Shown piece by piece: positions 38,326 to 44,500 of a stretch of DNA of 44,500 bases (its first letter is position 1; each line of letters starts with the position of its first letter). The DNA is from Bigelowiella natans CCMP2755. Taxonomy: Eukaryota; Protista; Cercozoa. Under the pieces are notes generated by a model, which worked only from the letters and a program-made list of their open reading frames with translations, was not told the origin of the DNA and searched no databases. Made by a program: the position numbers and the translations under genes. The stretch spans positions 1 to 44,500 of the forward strand of contig ADNK01001589.1 in assembly GCA_000320545.1 (NCBI GenBank). Direction: 5' to 3'.

Positions 38326-39356
38326 CCCCTCCTCCTCCTCCCCAATCACCATCCCAGCAGCTGCTGCTGAGGGCCCCATCATGTTGCTGACTACCTCAAC
38401 CACTAAGCATGTTTGGCCATCTTTGAAAACTCCTTCGATAATCCTTTTTGTTCCTGACACAAATGATGCGTAGATGTATCCAAGAAGGTTCACCGCTTAA
38501 TACAATTTTCGTATTCTTCTTATTAAATCACTAATCTTCTTCTTATTTCTTACCGTATTTTTTAACCTCCTTGCGACGCATCAGCATAGGAATCCGATGC
38601 AATAAAGAGATAACCTATCATATGTGGAATTCATTCACAGATGGATGGGATGTGCGTCATCGATTCGTCATCGTCGTTGTATCAGACAAGCTACTTACGG
38701 TTGCCACAGGAAGAGCCGTGTATGGAACTGTGAATAGATGTTGCAGAAGTATTATGCATTGCAAATTATAAGTTATAGCACTGTTGTTGCAGATATGTTT
38801 ACGCAGTACCTCCACATATAACATCGAACTTGACTCCATTCTTCGTAACAAGAGCATACCTGTAAAGCGACATGTCTAATTAAGAACAAGTACATCAAAA
38901 CTAGTAGTTATAATTGGTGACTACATTTTTTCAGCGATCGCTTTGAGAAGCTCCGGAAACGACACTATCAATCTGTTGAAGCGAAGTGGTGAATACTACA
39001 TATTGGTGCATGATTGAAACTTTTAGTCTATTCAAATACCGAAGATCAATGTAAATGGGGCTTTGGACTCCAGACTTCAACGTAAAATTCCTTCGCATAC
39101 AGATCCAGTGTTAAGTTCATCTGTTTTTTTTGCTGGTGATATGATCAATGACGAGCAATATGCATGCCAGTACCCAAACTTGACAGCTCCAATGTCGAAA
39201 AGCTTTAGCAATATTTGCTCAGTTCCATCATCCAAAGTCTCTGCGTTCCTATGGTTACCGACAAGCAATAATCATTGTTCTTATTGCGCATAGATAAAAT
39301 GGAGGTGGATACCGAATGCATTCCTCCGCAGCTTGTTTGTTCTTAGCTTCGTCCAT
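32187..39356 (-). CDS. UMPS: Bifunctional UMP synthase (orotate phosphoribosyltransferase + orotidine-5'-phosphate decarboxylase), >20 small exons
   Basis: OPRT part: LFDIGAVKFG/NFTLKSGVQSPIYIDLR, VPYTALPVAT, RRKEVKKYG/TKRIIEG, CLVVE/DLITSG, VDREQGG. OMPDC part: KKTNLCFSAD, GPHICMLKTHID, FLIFEDR/KYADIGNTV, WADIVNCH, IAEMSSKGNL, MTPGVKL, DGLGQQYKTP, DVIIVGRGIY, YREAGWSAY. Confidence 0.96.
33618..33915. repeat. Long compound (GAT/GGT)n trinucleotide tract in a UMPS intron
   Basis: ~300 bp of GAT with interspersed GGT; on the - strand it runs directly into the acceptor of the GPAGRGLVLIAE exon. Confidence 0.95.
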
Positions 39357-39693
39357 GGTGGGGGGGTGCGCTGTTATGAGTTGTTGTAGTTGTAGTAGTA
39401 GTTGTTGTAGTTATTGTAGTTGTTGTAGTTGTTGTAGTTGTTGTTAAATACACAGCATGTAGACCTAGCATTAAATAAGTATACATGTTTTGACTAAATA
39501 GTATTAATAATGAGGTTCTTCGAAGTACTTAAATCGTTATAAATATTTCGACTAATTTAAAACCATAAACAACAAAAACAACAATATTAAAGCATTCTAA
39601 GAGAACGATGTCTCCCCTCTGGTTGGAGGGTGCTCCATGAGCATTAATCAGAACAGACAACGGCTGGAACAAAAGTACAAGTAGTGATGACAC

Positions 39694-42600
39694 ATGAAGT
39701 TCCTTGCCCTTCTTGTACTAGTCACAATCGCGACGATGACACCGAGACGCCTCACAAGTGGTGGTGGCACCTCGAATGTAATATCATCAATGTCACGAGG
39801 AATTCTGAACCAACATTCTAAGTACAGGTACATAAAATCAGCATAGCACGACCACTGCAAAGTTACTATCCTCATCATTGTCGTGATAGATGTTGTCGAC
39901 ATTGTAGTAGTATATGGCTGATCGTATGATCCTTATTATTCTCCACAATCTCCGCATTGTTAGTTATCACCATCATTATCATTATCGATAGTAGTTGTTG
40001 TCGACATTCTAGTTTGTAGCATATGATGGCGTCGTAATAATTATTCTTACTCAGGCCGTGGTCAAAGAGAAGACTAAGCATCGCTGGAGCAGCTCCTCCT
40101 CCTCTTTCTCCTCCTCGAAAACACACATTATCATGTGCTCATCATCATCATATTGCCCAGACTGCCGTTTCCGCCACCCATGTGTCACATACGACGACGA
40201 CTTCAGAATGCTGCAGTAACAGAGAGATTGTAGAAAATTTCTTTGACGCTACGAAAGAAGAAGAAAAAGAAGGCAGTGGTGGCCATTTCAAGAACTCGGG
40301 GTGTTCGATGAAGATGCGATTTGTTAATCCATCATCCTCAGCATCATCTTTGTCATCATCATCATCATCATACTCATCCTCATCATCGTCGGTAACACTA
40401 TGGGAAAGAGCGATCCGAATTGTGGGTGGCGTTATTGTAGCTGGAATTGGTTATCTTAGTAAAGGTCCAGCAACAGCCTCCGCCCACATACTAGAATGGA
40501 TAAGCGATTTGGACATGTCGGTAAGTAACTAAGTAAGAAGTAAGTAATGCGTGCTTCTGCGAAATCAATAGAAAAAAGGTATTCACATCATCGTGTAACA
40601 ACAGTCCCATGTAGTATTTGTTCCACCATTATTCACATCATCGTGTAACAACGATTTGGTTGCTAAAACAGGAAGAGTTATCATGCGATGGTCCTCCATC
40701 AGCGCGCACTGATGATTCTGATTGGTAGGAAACTTACTTCCTTTTCGTCCCTTCAGCGTGTGTGTGTGTGCGCGCGCGTACGCTTAATCTTGTTACTGAA
40801 TGAGTTAATTCCACTGTTGTTTTCAGGACGAATATGTATGATGACATGGCTTCTGAGGTTAAATAGTAGCAGCGGCAGCTCGAGCATTATACACAACAAA
40901 TTGATATTTCTCCTGCTAGCCTTCCTAGAGCATTATACACAATTAATAGATATTTTCCCTGCTCGCCTTCGTAGAGGAGGAGGATGAGTAGGAGTAGTAG
41001 TAGTAGTATTACCCTATAATGATCCTGGTGAAATTATTACAAATTACCCTGGTGAGGGTTTCATTGCTTGATTGTCCATATGCTGGTTTTCTCCCCCCTC
41101 CCGCCCCCCAAAGGGTCCCTTGCCTAAGGAGGATGGTCAAGGGGAATGGTTTGACAATTCTTTCTGTAAGCAATCGGTAATAATAGTAAGTAAGATTTCT
41201 CTCAACGAGACAAAGCTCTTCTATTTACTACACTCATTCTATTCAATAACGGTTGATTGGGAGGAAAGTAATAATAATGATAATAATAAGAAGAATACCC
41301 CTTCCTCCCTCTCCTTTTGAATAGTTTATTATTCATAGTACCGTCGTCATTAGAAATCAATACTATTGTTGAAGGATTCAATTCTGACGAAATTTAACTT
41401 ATGATGTTAAATTTATGCTGCTGAGAATATCTACCATGAGAATAATAATGAATTTATATGATCATTTACACATCATTCTTCTCTGTACAACAACAACAAC
41501 AACTACTACTACTACAACTAAAAACGAAAGACGCTACAATTTTATGGAGATGGGCCTGATCCTCTCGATGGCTATGGACTTTCTAATTCCGATGATGATT
41601 TCCTTGGAGGAGGAGGAGGATCAACAACCACTAGTGATACTGGAAACGAGGAGAAGGATGGTATGTATAGCGATCAATCCTTGATGAGAAGGAGGAGGAG
41701 GAGGGCAAAAGGAAGCAACGAATGAATACATTACGTTATTATATTATATCTAACCCACGATCATAAAGTTAACGTATCGTTTCTATTAAGATGACAGTTG
41801 TTGTTATTGATGATGATGATGATGATGATAGGTATAAGGGGAAGTAGTACTAGTAGCTCAGAATCTTCGGATATTTCCCCAAAAATCTCTGACGATGGCA
41901 TTTACAGGTTGATAATACAACAACAACAACAACAACAACAAAACCTCCTCCTTAAGATATATCCTCCTTCCTTTGGGTATTACTATTATTATTATTATTA
42001 TTATTATTATTGTTATTATTGTTATTACTATCATTATTATCTGCGACTAGAAATAATATCATTGAACCATGTGTTGTTGATTCATTCAAGGTGGATTGAT
42101 TTTATATTTCATTGCTGTTATTATTATATTTTTACTAGACATTGGTGCAAAACTCTCATATTTGGAGGGTAGTAAGATGTATCTACGTGTGGATATAATA
42201 ATTGATATGACTTGATCATCATACTGAAAATATAATAATGATATGATTCCAAGAATCAACATCTATTTCATTGCAGCAACAAACTTACAAATGGAAAATA
42301 AAGAGATAAGCATGCTACACACACACACACATAAGTCCATATAAATAAATTAGGGGAGTAGCAGCTGGCTATGCGGTGAATCAATTTGTGCTAATGGGTA
42401 GTTACTGCAATAATAGCATGTTGTTGTTGTTGTTGTTGTTGTTGTTGCTATTGTTGTTGGTGCTGCACTGCTTACGTTTGCCAGCAGCGGTGCTGCTGCT
42501 GCTGGTGGTGGTGGTGGTGGTGGTGGTAAATGCACAATGAGTCCCCCTTCCTTCTCATCCTCCTCATATAAATTATATACACCATGACACCGATATCACT

Positions 42601-43350
42601 AAAATAAGTAGTAGCATCATCATCAGTAGTTTGTTCATTATTGGTTAATCACTTTTAGAACACAGAAAGAGATTGATTGAAGGATACAACCGCAACAACA
42701 ATAACAATAATAAGCAATTGATAGCAATAGTAAAGTAAAGAATAGGTTACGACTGCTACGAATATATCTCCTGCTGCTATCATGATTTGTATCATCGAAG
42801 AACCAATGATATGATAGCATCGTGACTGTTTTCTTTCTCCTACTTAGGCGCTTCTTGGAACGAAGTTTGTGTGATTTCTAGGGAGCAATACTATCCTTAT
42901 GAAAGACCGGTAGTAGTAGTAGTAGTAGAAGTTGTAATAGCAGTTATAATGATGATGATGACGATGATGGTGATAGTAATGATAACGACACATGTGATAA
43001 TGCATATGCATGACAACAAGCTTACATTTATTTTGTGTGGTGCTGCAGAATATGATTCCATTGATGATGAGGATGGATAGACCAATTTATGCACCGGTAG
43101 GTAGGTAGGTAGGTAGGTAGGTAGGTAGGAAGGTAGTCAGTACTTACCTACTTATATATCCATCATCATGATTATCATGCTCATTTGTTAATCATCTTTA
43201 TTGAATAACAATATTAACTCATAATAATGATAATACTTATAACAATAATAATAACAGGGACTATATTGCTGTGGGGCTGAGAAAAAAATAATCATGCATC
43301 CAGTGATACTAACTTAAACAAAGACTTTTAATAATAAGAAAAACAAATGC

Positions 43351-43381
<31 letters not shown>

Positions 43382-43779
43382 ATAGTAGTGATAGTAGGAG
43401 TAGAGTATCGATAATAGTGGTAGTAGTAGTAGCACCACTACCCAAAAATGAATAAGAAGAAGAAGAAGAAGAAATTACTAGCATTGAATCATCATTAACT
43501 ACAACAGTTAGAGCTCAACTATGAGCGTTCTTTGTGTGCTTTATTATATATATGTTCTTTCTTACTGTCCGCTCTTTACCGACAGGAGGCATTAATATTT
43601 ATCACATTTTTAGACAATATATATAACAACAAAATCACTATCTTTTTATCTTTTCACTCAATCCTAATTTCCTGTCCTCCTCCTCCTAACCAATTAAAAT
43701 CGTAGTACTACCACGTCGCAAACGGGATAGCATTTTTCCATAGAATGAATGTCACCGAAGCGAGGGTTGTAAGCACACA

Positions 43780-43832
<53 letters not shown>

Positions 43833-44287
43833 CAACGAGCAAAAATCGTCGCATTAAAAGAAGTTCCCAACTCAGAGTAGTAGCTAGTGCAGTAGTAGGC
43901 TAAATAACGATACTACTACGTCTTGCATCAGTATTGCCGATCGTTGTTATCATCATCATCATCATCATCACCATCACCATCTTCATCATCATCACTTGAT
44001 TCGAAAAAGTAGTAGAGTATATCAATTTGTATATCGATTGTGATAGACCATATTTCTCCTCGTTGTAACCATCATCATGATCGTTTTCCTACTACCACTA
44101 CTATTACGACTGTCGTGTTGTGTTGCTAGCTCAACGACTCAATGCTTATTGCAATCGGTAATAATTTTATTATCTAAGTGATAAATATGAGAAACATCAT
44201 CATCATCATTGAATCATCGTAGTTATCTGATATATACTACTGATGTTGTTTTCAGGTCTAGACGATGGAAAGATCAGGATGATTAAG
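39694..44287 (+). CDS. Monodehydroascorbate reductase-like FAD-dependent oxidoreductase, bipartite leader, 3'-partial
   Basis: MKFLALLVLVTIAT signal peptide plus an Arg/Ser-rich extension; exons KTLIFG/GGVAAGYAVNQFV (~42140-42398) and EVCVISREQYYPYERP (~42849-42909) match the MDAR GGGVAAGYA and PYERP motifs. Later exons are tentative and the gene runs off the window. Confidence 0.72.
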
Positions 44288-44500
44288 TAACATTCCTTAT
44301 TATCATGTGACTCGACGCTACTACTTTTTACTTAATGTTGTGACCGATATTTTTTGTTGATCTTTCTGTTTTCTTTTTGCCTCTTCCTCCCCCCCCCCCA
44401 AAACCCCACCCTTTTCCGGTCCCTAATTTAATTTGTTATAAGAATAAAAACGGTACCAAGGAGAAAAGGGCCAAGACCAAAACCCTGGGGAGGGGCTGGG

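Noticed and set aside
40580-40652. Direct repeat with spacer resembling a CRISPR unit
   Set aside because: Only two copies, in a eukaryotic intron, with no cas genes.
1610-43094. Most short ORFs in the supplied track (poly-I, -Y, -L, CVCV, YIYI)
   Set aside because: They arise from microsatellites in introns or are antisense shadows of real exons.
44385-44500. C/G-run-rich terminal sequence with CCCTAA-like bits
   Set aside because: Probably low-quality sequence; there is no tandem telomeric array.

Overview
Left end of a eukaryotic nuclear chromosome. It starts with a (CCCTAA)n telomere and a very short subtelomere, followed by intron-rich, microsatellite-laden genes. Two genes carry bipartite signal+transit leaders, so the organism is probably an alga with a complex plastid; the lineage cannot be fixed from the sequence. 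Genes reconstructed by reading exons: ADCK2-like ABC1 kinase (-), a 4-exon orphan gene (+), a giant MEE44/TRF4-like non-canonical poly(A) polymerase (+), a PhyH-family 2OG-Fe(II) dioxygenase (-), an AAE15/Aas-type acyl-ACP/acyl-CoA synthetase (+), UMP synthase (OPRT-OMPDC, -) and a partial MDAR-like flavoprotein (+). Mobile DNA comprises a TA-flanked MITE and a decayed non-LTR retrotransposon 3' end. The standout signal is near-total erasure of TpA dinucleotides over the retroelement block (11380-13359) and the subtelomere. In the retroelement block the only survivors lie in CTAG, and the telomere repeat itself decays CCCTAA->CCCTGA/CCCCAA. This suggests a repeat-targeted TA->TG/CA (A-to-G) hypermutation system, the mirror image of fungal RIP. 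Exon boundaries and counts were done by hand.
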